From Octopus vulgaris (taxonomy: Eukaryota): a DNA stretch of 64,000 bases. The stretch covers positions 108,128,001 to 108,192,000 of the forward strand of contig OX597816.1 in assembly GCA_951406725.2 (NCBI GenBank), given 5' to 3'. The position numbers and the translations under genes were made by a program. Each line of letters starts with the position of its first letter. Position 1 is the first letter of the stretch. The notes beneath the pieces were generated by a model. That model was not told the DNA's origin. It did no database searches and saw only the letters and a list, made by a program, of their open reading frames with translations. Positions 1 to 12,799 of the stretch are shown one piece after another.

Positions 1-44
1 CACGGGTAACACGAAAATCACTAAATAAGGTTACCATATATGTT

Positions 45-439
45 CTTTTTTCTTTTACTTCTTTCAATCATTTGACTGCGGCCATGCTGGAGCACCGCCT
101 TTAGTCGAGCAAATCGATTCCAGGACTTATTCTTTGTAAGCCAAGTACTTATTCTATCGCTCTTTTTTGCCGACTCGCAAAGTTATTGGGACGTAAACAC
201 ACCAGCATCGGTTGTCAAGCGATGTGGGGGAACAAACACAGACACACATTCACACACACAAATATATATACATATACATATATACGGTGGGATTCTTTCA
301 GTTTCCATCTACCAAATCCACTCATAAGGCTTTGGTCGGATCGAGGCTATAGTAGAAGTCACTTGCCCAAGGTGCCACGCAGTGAGACTGAACCCAGAAC
401 CATGTGGTTGGTAAGCAAGCTACTTATCACACAACCACC
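45..439 (-). mobile_element. tRNA-derived CORE-like SINE (family A), near full length, with internal CA/TA microsatellite
   Basis: Minus strand has a tRNA-like head (B-box-like GGTTCAGTCTC), CORE-like CACCTTGGGCAAGTG and a 3' end like CATGGCCGCAGTCAAATGA. Close copies at 25543-25943 and 60632-61034. Confidence 0.85.
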
Positions 440-520
440 GTGAAATATAAACGAACTTTGTTTCACTTTATCATACTTCGATACAAAAAATCCACTACTT
501 ACCACACAGCCACGCCTGAG

Positions 521-601
<81 letters not shown>
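521..601. repeat. Compound (CT)n(TA)n microsatellite, representative of dozens of (TA)n, (CA)n, (GA)n, (GATA)n and (TAA)n tracts
   Basis: Directly visible. Such tracts generate most low-complexity ORFs in the track. Confidence 0.95.
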
Positions 602-604
<3 letters not shown>

Positions 605-935
605 TCTTCTCTCCCTAGAAACATAAGTGTATCCATATGTATATAAAAAAAAATCTCGTGTATGCGCGCGCGAAAGAGAGTTTATGTGTGTAGCAATATA
701 ATCGTTTTTATTCAGATAGTCGGATGACATGAGGGCAGACTGAAACTTTTTTAGGGTTGATGGTTGAAGGAAACCGTAGACGAGAAAGGAGTTCTAGGAA
801 AAGAATTTTTTGTTTGGCAAGATTGGGTATAATGTATGATATTTCATATATTGTATTAAGTGAGATTTAGTGAGGATGATAAATTATTTATGTGTGTGTT
901 TTTTTTTTTTGTATATTTAATATGATATATTGTGG

Positions 936-1110
936 CGGTTGTTGTTTAACTCCAGAGCAATGCTGATTGTGCAGATGTATGATGAAAGATGTTCCATCCG
1001 AATCCACCCCTTTCTTTACGTATCTAAGATTACGTTAAAAATGTATATCCTTCCCTTGTTTGAAAATGGTGATTGTGACTCGAGGAATATAATTATTTCA
1101 GGTGTTTCAG
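936..1110 (+). mobile_element. Old dispersed repeat (SINE-like, family E)
   Basis: TTGTTGTTTAACTCCAG...GATGAAAGATGTTCCA recurs in degenerate form near 1370-1545(-), 26090-26300(+), 41800-41960(-), 50900-51060(-) and 61200-61275(+). Confidence 0.45.
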
Positions 1111-2768
1111 GTATGAGTATGCATTCGGTATAAACAATACAAAACTATTATCCTCATATTTATACATTTATCCTCCTCATATTTATACAAAAGTATTATC
1201 TTCATATTTGTACACATATTTAGTTTAAATTGTATCATTAACTTAACCATATTGTTCATCGGAGCTCACTTTGTAAGAGCTGCCTATTGAGATTTATATG
1301 TTGATTTAATGTTTCCAAATTTTCAAGCGTTAAAAGAACACAATCTGCAAACCAGCAGAAAAGCTTCATCCTGGTGGATATTTGAGTCAAATATATCTCA
1401 AATCATATCTTACTCACTTAAAAATATGACGGCTACATCAGAAAATGTTAGCGTTAGATATACAAAAACACGTTACAGTTGTAGTTAGAATTCATTTAAT
1501 TTTAGGTTAGCTCGATCAGTGCTGAATCTGAGGCTAAACAACAAAAATAAAGTTAGAAAGCTAACCACCAGAAGTGCCGCTTTCAAAGTTTTCCATCTAT
1601 ATGTATTCTTTTAATTATAAATCAAATATATAGCCCCCAGTTAAATCAGTAGGTAGATTATCCTCTTTAAATTTATTACTGTTTCATTTCACAGCTTTGA
1701 ATTCAGTTTTGAATTCAACAAGATATCATTCGCCTTAGGTATTTTCTTTACTCTTCTTAAGAACAAAATGATAAGTCAAATTTGTGTCAAATATTTCTGG
1801 AATTCCTGCTAAGCTGAAAAATTTCTTGATGTGTAAAAAGGAAGGAAAGCAGGGGGAATTTTACTGTTGCCTTGTTGAATTTTTAAATGAAATCTTTAAG
1901 AATTAAAATCTGAGAAGAATACAGGGAGGTCAAACGGAGAATATAAACATCATAAATAAAACAACAAATTTTATTTGAAGCTTCTTAAAGTAATGATCGT
2001 AGACGAATCAGCAACGGAAATTAGTCAGACACTAGGAACTGGAAGTCTTTATTCTGGGGGAAATAACGAACTTCTGTTAGCAAGTTTGATCAGTATTTAA
2101 AATCTACTCATCCGAGTATTTCTAAACTTTTTGTTTTTATCAGAAACAATTTAGTATCTAGACATTAAGATTTTCATCTTATTATTTCATCCATTTCCTA
2201 CATATTGCCGCCATATATTTGTTACATACAGGAATTTTCAAAAATATACATTCCAACGATTGATAAGTCGCCATTTATGTGAATACATTATTGGCAGTGA
2301 CATATTTTGTAAAGTTTTCTGTAATCAGTAGAGAAAACATACATGTATATAACCAGAGCAATTGTCTATAGCGAAATATGCTCCCTCGTGTTGCAAAGAG
2401 TATGCTAAAGTATTATGATTGTGTTTGATTGCAGATACTATTCCGTATTCATAATTTGTCATTTCGAAAAATTACATAACAAATTCAGTGACTGTTTTCA
2501 ATCGTTGGAGCAGCCTTCGTTTTGCTGATGAAAGGAATGCATAAACTACAAGCTCTGCGTAGTGATGGAGTGAAATAGAAGCTTCGAACTTGCGCGTACG
2601 CGCACGCACGCGCGCGCACACACACACACAGACATGCACACTTACACATACATATATATATATACAAAGAGAGAGAGAGAGAGAGACAGAGAAATGGAGC
2701 AAGTTAGATAAATCGATATATACATGTACACACACGCACACAAACACACACATATACATATACACATG

Positions 2769-2817
<49 letters not shown>

Positions 2818-4489
2818 AACCTTTACATAAATAAATAACGTGAAATACACGAAGGGACGAACAAAAAGACAAACGGGTCATTCAAAGCCTTCATTATATA
2901 TATATATGAGCAGTAGTTATAAGAAAACGAGTGCCATTCATAGTAAATTCACCATTAAGTATCGGTTTTCAGTTTAAGTAGTAATCACTTAGCATGTTGT
3001 ATATAAATCCAGTGATTCACAAACAAATATTTTTCGCAAGGAAAAAGCATGAAGTCAAAAGTGTTGGGAATTGAATATAGATAAATTTTTCCACATGACT
3101 GCCATGCAAAATTATACGTACATAACTATATCAAAATGTCTGCTTACCATTGAACAAATGTATGCAAATAAAGTAAACTACCCTATCAGATCATCGTTAG
3201 ATACAACTATGATGATTAGATGATCCTTATTAGTTAACTTACTTTATTTGCATCTATTTGTGAACAATAGATTGTATTGTGTAATGCTGAGCACAAATAT
3301 TAAGGTAAACACATGCATATAGCTTTTCACACCGAAATTAATAATACTACATGATGAAGGATACGAAATGGCTGTAACAGCGTAGAAATCATGTGGAAAA
3401 AAATCCATATTAATCTCTCACATTTGATTTTAAGCTTCACTGATGTGTGTGTGTGTGCGCGTGTGTGTGTATGTATATGTGTGGGTGTACGTGTGTGTGT
3501 ATGTGAGTGTCTGCGTGTATGTATACATATGTGTGCGTATATATTTATGTGTGTGTATGTATGTATATATATATTTATATAAGAGAGTTTGTATGTGTGT
3601 GAGTGTGTGCATGTGTCCGTGCGCGTATGTTCCTTATGCATTCGAAAAATAAGTTCAGTAATTTTTCGGTTACCTAATAAATTTTATTTTCTTTTACATA
3701 TTTACTATTTTATCTCACTCTCCCTCTCTCTCTTTTTCTCCCTCTTTGCACTCTCTGCATAACCAAGATTATACGTAGCTCATTCAGCTATATACTAAAT
3801 AAGCTTACAAACAAACTCAGCATAATAGAATAATTGTTTTCCACAAAAGTGTCAACATTATCTAAATTTAATATTCTAGTTTTGAATAACACAAAAAATA
3901 TCAGCTTTTTAAATTTTAGAAGATCACATTTTTCTAAATATTAGAATATTTTCTCTTCTATTCATATTCTAGTCGACCTAATTCTTCTTCGTCTTTTTCT
4001 AATGCTTTTATTCAGATCTATATTCACAATTTTATGAGCCTCTTTCTTTCCTTCACTTTTTATCATCTCCGATTTAACTTCCGGTAAGGATTCATATTAA
4101 CAAAAATGGATTTCTGATTCACTTCCGCAAAACTGAAGAGGCGGAAGAAGTAAAATGAAAAACAATCTTTCTTACATTCTCTCACATTCTTTCTTTTGAT
4201 ATTTATCTATTTCTCTTTACAAGCTCACACACATAAGTATATATCAAGGAAGACATTAGCAAGCAATAATGAAAGATCCCATGAGGTAAAAAGTTATTTC
4301 TAGTCGATCTCGATCGCTTGTATGAGTATGATTTTTTTTAATTACCAAGCATTTTAAAAACAAATTTAAGATCTTACACGTCGGAAGTTATATTAATCAT
4401 GATATGAAAACGAAAAAGATTAGGGCTGCACACCGATCAATGCACATAGAATACAAAAAAAAAAAAGAACCCCCCCCCCAAAAAAAAAC

Positions 4490-4615
4490 CCCGATAAAAT
4501 AAGTACTAGGCTTACAAAGTATAAGTGCTGGGATCGATTTATTCGGCAAAAAGGTGGTGCTGCAGCATGGCCGCAGTCAAATGACTGAAACAAGTAACAG
4601 AGTAAATATATATAC

Positions 4616-4661
<46 letters not shown>

Positions 4662-4860
4662 ACATACATATATATATACATAAATATATATACATAATAC
4701 ATAATATATATAATATTTATAATACATATAGTATATAATAAAGTATATACGTGTGCGTGAGTATATATGTAAATAGGTAAGAAGCTTGTTTCTCGACCAC
4801 ATGGTTCCGGGTTCAGTCCCACTACGTGGCACTTTGAGCAAGTGTCTTCTACAATACTCT
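4490..4860 (+). mobile_element. Family A SINE pieces (3' part 4490-4606, 5' part 4776-4860)
   Basis: Match to family A tail (GCATGGCCGCAGTCAAATGACTGAAACAAG) and head (CCACATGGTTCCGGGTTCAGTCCCACT). Confidence 0.75.
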
Positions 4861-4874
4861 CGTTTGTTGAAAGG

Positions 4875-5155
4875 AATTCTTAGAGGTTTGGATAATTCAC
4901 ATTTGGAAACATAATAATCCTTATTCAGGGGCCTTTTGAGCAGGATGGGCTACTCGACCAGAAAATATCCTAACTGGGCTCCACCTGCAAGGTCATGCGC
5001 TGTTTATCTTGATATGAGATCACCATGTCGCGCACATATGGTTGTGATGCATGTGCCTGGTGTACCCTTATCAGTCGGGTAGTCATGATGGGTATACTGG
5101 GCTTCGTATATTTTACCTCAGTGTCACTTTGATGGCAGGTACTGCTCTCTCACTC

Positions 5156-5201
<46 letters not shown>
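4875..5201 (+). mobile_element. (TAA)n-tailed retroposon (family C)
   Basis: Ends CTGCTCTCTCACTCAATAATAA. Other copies at 6175-6330(+) and 40149-40552(-). Confidence 0.75.
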
Positions 5202-5203
<2 letters not shown>

Positions 5204-6075
5204 TCTTTCTACTCTAAGACCAGAAATATTTGTGGGGAGGGGACTACATTGACCCCAGTACTCAACTGGCACTTATTTTATCAACCCCCTAAAAGGATGA
5301 AAGGCAAAGTCGATTTCGGTAGAATTTGAAATCGGAACGGGCAGACAGATGACATACCGCTAAGCATTTTGCCCGTTGCGCTTACGATTCTGTCAGCTCG
5401 TCGTTTAATGATAATAATAATCCTTTCTAATTAAAGCACAAGGCCTGAAATTTTGAGGGGAGGGGACTAGTCGATTATATTGAACCCATTACTTAACTTG
5501 CACGTAATTTATCGACCTCGAAATGATGAAAGGCAAAGTCGACCTCTGTGGAATTTGAACTGAGAATACAAAACGGACAAAATGCTGCTAAGCATTTTGT
5601 CCAGCGTGCTAACGATTCTGCTGTCTTAATGATAATAATGATAGTAATAAAAATGATTTCAAATTTTAATACAAGGCCAGCAATTTCGAGGAGGGGACTA
5701 ACTGATTACATCTACTCCAGTGCCCAACTGGTGCTTAATGTATCGTTCACGAAAAGATGAAAGGCACAGTCGGCTTCGACCGACATTGAACTCACAACCT
5801 AAAGATGGAGGAAATGCTGATAAGCATTTTCCCGGCTAACGATTCTGCCAACTCACCGCTTTATAATGGTTTCAAATTTTGTCACTAGGGCAAAAATTTG
5901 GGAGAATAGAGATGAGTCGTTTACATCAACGCCAGTATTCAACTGGTACTTATTTTATTGAACCTGAAAGAATGAAAGGCAAAGTCCACCTCGGCGGAAT
6001 TGGAACTCAGAACATAACGACGGACGAAATGCTGCTCAGTATTTTTCCCGGCGTGCTAACAATTCTGCCGCCTCA
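5202..6075 (-). mobile_element. Four tandem copies of tRNA-derived SINE family B (older tail variant)
   Basis: Four repeats of ATGAAAGGCA(A/C)AGTC...GAACT/AAT...AGCATTTT...GATTCTG at about 5202-5405, 5420-5625, 5655-5862 and 5865-6075, separated by AAT-rich spacers. Confidence 0.8.
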
Positions 6076-6100
6076 ATGATAATAATGATGATTGTAATAA

Positions 6101-6174
<74 letters not shown>

Positions 6175-6560
6175 GAGATTACCATGTCGCGCACATATGG
6201 TTGTGATACATGTGCCTAGTGTTCTCTTATCAGACGAGTTGTCGTGACAGGTGTATTGGGCTTCGTATATTTGAATCCCAGTGTCACTTGATGGCATGCA
6301 CTGCTCTCTCACTCAATAATAATAATAATATGTTTGTGTGTGCATGTGTGTGCGGTTTTTGTTTTCTTAGACTCTCCCCACCGCTTGACAATCGGTGCTG
6401 AGGTTTTACGTCCCCGTAAATTAGTGGTTTGGCAAAAAGCGACAGAATACGTACTAGGCCCAAAACAAAAATCATTGTGGTCGATTTGTTTGACTAAATG
6501 CATCGATGCGGTACTCAAACAGCGCTACAATCCAATGCCGGAAACAAGTAAAGGGTGTCG
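6175..6560 (+). mobile_element. Truncated family C copy (6175-6330) followed by the 3' half of a family A SINE
   Basis: Matches 5017-5160 and the family A tail. Confidence 0.7.
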
Positions 6561-7421
6561 GATGAAAAATATCGCTATTTGTAACGTAATCAAACTGTGT
6601 CAGAACTAAATTGTTTTATCTCATTTTCGTAAGTGTGCAAGCGCTAAGAACATGGATTAATTTACTACACAACATTTTTGGCCAATTCCAACATAAGGAT
6701 ATATTTATTTATTACCTACAGAGTGACCTTGACCGAATATCATCAACAGAATATAAAATACTTGGATCTAGTGTAGTTTTAATCAGATATATCAACTATG
6801 GAGTGACCGTGATACAATATATGGAACTAGTTCAAAAATATATTGAGCTGAGATTAATCAGATACAGGCAAACACGAAAAGAACTGCCAAAACAATATGA
6901 AGCATGAGTAAAACAAAAATGAAAAACGACTAAAGAAAAATAATCTGCGAAAAAGTTGATAAATTAAACCAAATAACATGCAATACAAATATTAAGGAAT
7001 AGAAATGGTGCAGAAAATTAGCAAACAGTCGGTTGTGTCCAAACATGAGGAAATTATACTTATTGACACCTTCTAGTGAAATATATGTATGTATACTTAC
7101 TTTCTGTGAGTGTGCCTGTATATGTGTGCCAATATATTTGTGTGTATGAGTGTGTGCTTGTGTGTGTGTGTACACGAGCGAGCGTGTGTCTGTTTCAATA
7201 AATGGGGGCAATGCCAAATGGAACGTATTGGGAATAAGCTTGAAGTTAATAATACTTAATAATACGATATGCTAGCGACTTAAAACAAACTATAGACACA
7301 TAGGATATATACATTCGTACATACAAAAATGTATATATGTATGCATGCATATAGAGTTAAAACCAACTATATAAGAGTTACACTGTATAAATGCAGGTGT
7401 GTGTGTGTGCACATGTTTGTA

Positions 7422-7479
<58 letters not shown>

Positions 7480-7834
7480 TATGTGTACTTATATATACAT
7501 ATATATATGAGTACTTATCTATATATAGAAGTATATATATAAATATATATATGTGTGTGTGTGTGGAGAGAGAGAAAGAGAATGAAGTGATATCTGAAAA
7601 TGATGTTTTCTTATTTTCTTATATTTTCTTTGTGTACTTTAAACACAATCTGAGGTTGATAGATCTGCAGAAGAATGTGACGATTCGGCGTAATGGAATT
7701 AAGAATCTACTGATCCACGATATTCCAAACAAGAGCACATTTGGCAGAAGTTCAATATTAATTATATGCATAAAATGCCGGTTTTTTTAACACTATATTG
7801 GCTTCTGTCACTCTACCTTTCTCTTTCTCATTGT

Positions 7835-7910
<76 letters not shown>

Positions 7911-8654
7911 ATACTTTCTTCTGGATTGCCAAATCTTAAAATACTTCACTTCAAGAAGAAAAATTGTAAAAATGTTATACGGCTGCCAAATTATTTTAGA
8001 GAAAATCTGTTATATGAACGTAACCACACATTTGTGTGTATGCGCGTGTGTGTGTGTGTGTTTGTGCGTGCGCGAATGCATATAAAATATATACATACAT
8101 CCTTTATCTTTTATCTGTTACTTATTTCAGTCGTCAGACTGTGGTCATGCTGGAGCACCGTCTTGAAGAATTTTAATCGAATGAATCGATCCCAGTACTT
8201 TTATTTTAAGTCTAGTTCTTATTCTATCGATACTTTTTGCCGAAACGTTAAGATACGGGAATGTAAACACACCAACACCGGTTGTCAAGCAGTGGTGAAA
8301 GACAAACACTGACACAAACACACACGCGCACATACACACACTCACACACACAGATACATACACACACACACACACACATAATGTCAGGTCGCTCTTGAGT
8401 ACTACTGGTACCATGTAGTCCACTACAACGTGTTCCATGGTCGGGTCGTCGGCGACTAAACTAACTGGCAACCCCACCAGGCCCCACACGATGTAGGTAA
8501 AGAAATTTGAGAAATTTGAAAAGAATATATGAAACCGGTTATTTCTCCGAAAACTTTTTTACTATACACAAAATGTTCTAACATTTTTCTAACATAACGA
8601 CTTAAATATATTCTTTAACCTTATAACACAAGCCTTCTGTAGTTTTTTTCACTC

Positions 8655-8696
<42 letters not shown>

Positions 8697-8777
8697 GATA
8701 TTAGGGAATAAATCCAAACTTACAGGGAAAAATCAGATTTAGGATTGAATCCAATTTTATAGTAAAATATTATATTA

Positions 8778-9007
8778 TATTAAATTAGAGACAAAACCAC
8801 TATTAGGCAAATCAAACAATGAAAGACTTAAGCCAATACATATGATTAATTTATATTATTTAAATATGTAACAATTATTAAAAAATATAATTAATTATAT
8901 TTTTTAATAATTGTTACATATTTAAATAACATAAATTAATCATATGTATTGGCTTAAGTCTTTCATTGTTTGATTTACCTAATAGTGGTTTTGTCTCTAA
9001 TTTAATA
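8778..9007. repeat. 230-bp palindrome with no spacer
   Basis: Arms of 115 bp centred at 8892/8893 (ATATAATT|AATTATAT). Two mismatches seen by eye. Confidence 0.95.
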
Positions 9008-9008
9008 T

Positions 9009-9057
<49 letters not shown>

Positions 9058-9140
9058 ACATAACGGACTTCTTTCAGTTTCTGTCGACCAAATATATTCA
9101 CAAGGCTTTTGGTCGGCCTGAGGCTATAACAGAAGACACT

Positions 9141-9373
9141 ATAGCGGCAAGCTGGCAGAAACGTTAGCACACCGGGCGAAATGCGTAGCCGTAATTCGTC
9201 TGTCGTTACGTTCCGAGTTCAAATTCCGCCGAGGTCGACTTTGCCTTTCATCCTTTCGGGGTCGATAAATTAAGTACCAGTTACGCACTGGGGTCGATGT
9301 AATCGACTTAATCCCTTTGTTTGTCCTTGTTTGTTCCCTCTGTGTTTAGCCCCTTGTGGGTTGTAAAGAAATA
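9141..9373 (+). mobile_element. Family B SINE (young tail variant) with 16-bp TSD
   Basis: Head GCGGCAAGCTGGCAGAAACGTTAG, B-box GAGTTCAAATTC, core GTCGACTTTGCCTTTCATCCTTTCGGGGTCGATAAA. TSD TATAACAGAAGA(C/T)ACT at 9125-9140 and 9374-9389. Confidence 0.9.
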
Positions 9374-10924
9374 TATAACAGAAGATACTTGCCCAAGTTG
9401 CCACACTGGGGATTTATGAGGTGTAGTATTAGTCAGGTTATCATGGTAAAAATCAGTTCGTTATTCTCTAGCATAAACACGGCTTTTATAGAAAATACAG
9501 ATGACTCGATTCGCCCCATATCAACACTAGATACCGAATTCCGCTAAGCACATAGATATTATATAATCTCTTTTCGAAAGCAACAAATATTCCTTATTGT
9601 TCGAGAATCAAATTTGTCAGTAAAGGGAAGGATGAGGTATCGAATTCGACATCTGTTTCAAAAGCTGTATCTTTTATAACAATACGAATGTCTTGTAACC
9701 ACCCGGTTTTCTCTTTCATCGTGTACATATGACTGTTTAGTTGAAAATACTCTACTGTAATAGAAAATACAGAAGAAAGCCTGGCTTGCAGAAATAATCC
9801 AACAAGTGGGAATGGAGATTGGTATCAGTAATGTACCATTTGCGTTCCCTACTCATCGATTACCTCAACGAGATAAATAGGAGTGTGGTTTCATTTCATT
9901 ACCTGCATATTCAAATTACTTACTAGATGCAGTTGATTATAATCTCATTAATACATGCGTGGCGTCAATAACGGGCAGTCAGCGCGCCAAGAGCTGAGAT
10001 GATTATAACTAAGGATAGATGAATATTGGTAAAAACTGCTCATATGGTTTAAAAAGAAAGAGGAAAGAAGAATATACAAAAAGAAAAACGTGTTGACAGT
10101 AATAGATTACTTGTATGAATATACACATGGTAACATTCTTCCATAACAGACACATACACACACGTGAAACTATGCAGACGTACGCATACGAAGCTTATTA
10201 GTACATACATATAACTATATAAGCATATGTAATCAAATATACATGCACATATACATACATATACATGCATATATAGATATAAATATATCAATATATCTAT
10301 ACATACGTACGTCTATATATGTAGCTACTACATACTCGTTCAACAAACGCATATACTAAAAAATAAAAGAAAATACAGATACAGGCATATACACACTTAG
10401 ACGTTAATCTTTACAAAACAACTACCATCCTACAATATTAAAATAAAGGAATAATAACAAGTATATATCTAACCATATATATATATATACATGCACACGT
10501 TCGCTGGAATCTAATTAAATATGATGGCAGAAATAAGAAACCATGTGACAAAAATCTAAAATGCGGCAGGTGAACAAAGTTACGTATATAGTTGTAGATG
10601 CATAAATCCACACGCACAAAAAGGCAGACACGCACATGCACGTACGTTTAAGGTTGCTAGACATATAGGAAACGATACGACAATATATAGGTTGTAAGAG
10701 GTAGGATATAATATTATAGGCGAATGGGAAAGTGATCGAAGTAATAAGTTAGCCGTTGGGAGCGAAAGGTGTGGAAAGTATATTAATCTCATCAAGTTCC
10801 CCACATCCCCAATTAGTGGTAACATAGAGGCGTAATTCAGAATCCAGAATTTTGTATAATGGTTAATAATATTAGATGAAATCACTACCAAGCACCATAA
10901 TTGCGCTAAATAATGTTAAACACA

Positions 10925-11052
10925 AGGCAGAAACGTTAGCCTTTCCTCCTTTCGGGGTCTATAATTTAACTACCAGTTGCATCCTGAGGTCGATCTAATC
11001 GTCTGGCCCCCTCTCCAAAAATTTCGGGCCTTGTGCTTAGAGTAGAAAAGAA
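10925..11052 (+). mobile_element. Internally deleted family B SINE
   Basis: GGCAGAAACGTTAG joined directly to the CCTTTCCTCCTTTCGGGGTC core and older tail. Confidence 0.7.
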
Positions 11053-11224
11053 ATAATGTTAAACAGATGAAGTACGGACCTAGAGGCGGGGCAAGGCGAG
11101 ATATCTTACGAAATTATTAAGAACCACAAATAAGTTGGGGATGACAAGTATTGTTTAATAGGAATCAGGGTTTGTAGCGAAGGAGGATGTTGTGTAATCC
11201 AGTGTATACGTTTTTTTTTAAATT

Positions 11225-11690
11225 TTTTATCCTTTGCTCGTTTCAGTCACCAGACTGCGACCTAGCTGAGGTACCACTTTAAAGACATCTAGTGGACGTA
11301 ATCGACTCCAGTCCTTATTTGCTTTTTAAGCCTGGTACTTTTTCTATCGGACTCTTTTGCCAAGCTGCTAGGCTACGGTGGAGTGGGGTAAACACACCAA
11401 CATCGGTTGTCAAGAGGTGGTAAAGACAAACACGCATGCACACACACACTCACACGTACACACATACACGCACACACATACACACACATACATACACGCA
11501 CGCACACACACGCACATATTTATATATATACACGATATGCTTCTTTTAGTTTCCGTCTACTAAATCCACTCACAAAGCATTGGTTTGCCCAAGGCTATAG
11601 CTGAAGACACTTGCCCAAGGTGCCACGCAGTGTAACTAAACCTAGCACCATGTGGTTGTGTGGTCGGGAGGCAAACTTCTTATCAAACGT
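11225..11690 (-). mobile_element. Family A SINE
   Basis: Colinear with 45-439, including the internal CA tract. Confidence 0.8.
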
Positions 11691-11799
11691 CCCCCATTTC
11701 CTTATGAGTTATCTAGTGAGGGGAAGGGAATTTCTTTAACCAGAAATGAGGAGGGATTAACTAGTAATTTTAAATGTGAATTATGATTTGTAGCAGTGG

Positions 11800-12700
11800 A
11801 AGGTGATGTGTAATTTATATTTACATTCCATGTTTGTCAAATTTATCAAAATTATCTCCTCACTGTACATAATCGTCATAATACCGACAATGCAGGAGGA
11901 GTACCTGTTATTATAACCACTATAGAGTTTTACTTGTTAAACAATCGACCCTGTGATATCTTAGTCAACTAAACCCTTTTTTAATTTCTAAATTTTAGAT
12001 AGATAAAGATGAGCTAACAGCCTTAATTTTGCACCTGAATATCATAATTACACTGTGATTATGTTCTCTAAATTTGAAGTTGTTATATATACCACCTATG
12101 TAAACGTATCTAGTTTAAATTGTAGTAACTACACATTGGTGGATAATGTTTTCCATTTATCATTTGTTATCTGAGTTCACGTGGTGCGTTATCCGGGCTG
12201 TTATCTCCTTCACCAAATACACTCCTAGTTTATGTGGCTGGGAGGGGTCGTAGGGTTACCGAAGTTGTGGTTAGTCATAGTGGTGTTGGCATTCGGTCAC
12301 TGTGCGCAGGACTTTCACAATTAGGCGCATTTTGTTGAATGGAATGCGAATCAGATTTTTTATTAATATTTGATATGTCAATTACTTCTTCGATTTGATA
12401 ATCTATGTTAAAACCGCAAAATAATTTCGGTAGTTTACTTTGAACATTGAATATGAAGGGTGGGTAGAACAAGATTATTTCCCTTTTTCTATCAATCCCC
12501 CTTGACCTAAGAGAAGTCGTGGATTTAGGGTTTCGGGTGTTTGGTCTGGCCACATCCCTAGAAATTAAGTGTCCGGTCGTGTCCTTATTAACCGATTCAG
12601 CATCGGGTTTATTAGAAGGCATATTGCTCAGAAAGCTGCGAAGAGTTTTCCGTAGATTACTAAAATCAAGTGTATAGTTGGTGGATCTATGAAGATTAGA
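11800..12700 (-). pseudogene. Decayed Penelope-like element (RT-endonuclease linker and GIY-YIG C-terminal region)
   Basis: ORF 12275-12622 contains RKREIILFYPPFIFNVQSKLPKLF, similar to the PLE IIWFNPPF motif. Near 11900-11960 the minus strand reads DITGSIV*QVKLYSGYNNRYSSCI, like the PLE WSI..K.Y.....C.LC end. Confidence 0.55.
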
Positions 12701-12799
12701 ATAAATATGATTAGTATTTTTTGGCTGAGTACTGTTGAGGAGGAACTACTTGAATTTGCGCCAGTACTTGCAGTGGAAACCCCTATTTTTCGAGACGTC

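Larger units (their letters stand above)
8103..9412 (-). mobile_element. Family A SINE split by nested insertions (3' part 8103-8380, 5' part 9060-9140 and 9374-9412)
   Basis: Colinear family A segments resume after each insert. Confidence 0.7.

Noticed and set aside
6611-6907. Non-repetitive 98-aa ORF (also 7640-7790, 42030-42329, 62084-62350) as possible host exons
   Set aside because: No recognisable domain, no convincing paired splice sites, and lengths compatible with chance. Small host exons cannot be excluded without RNA data.
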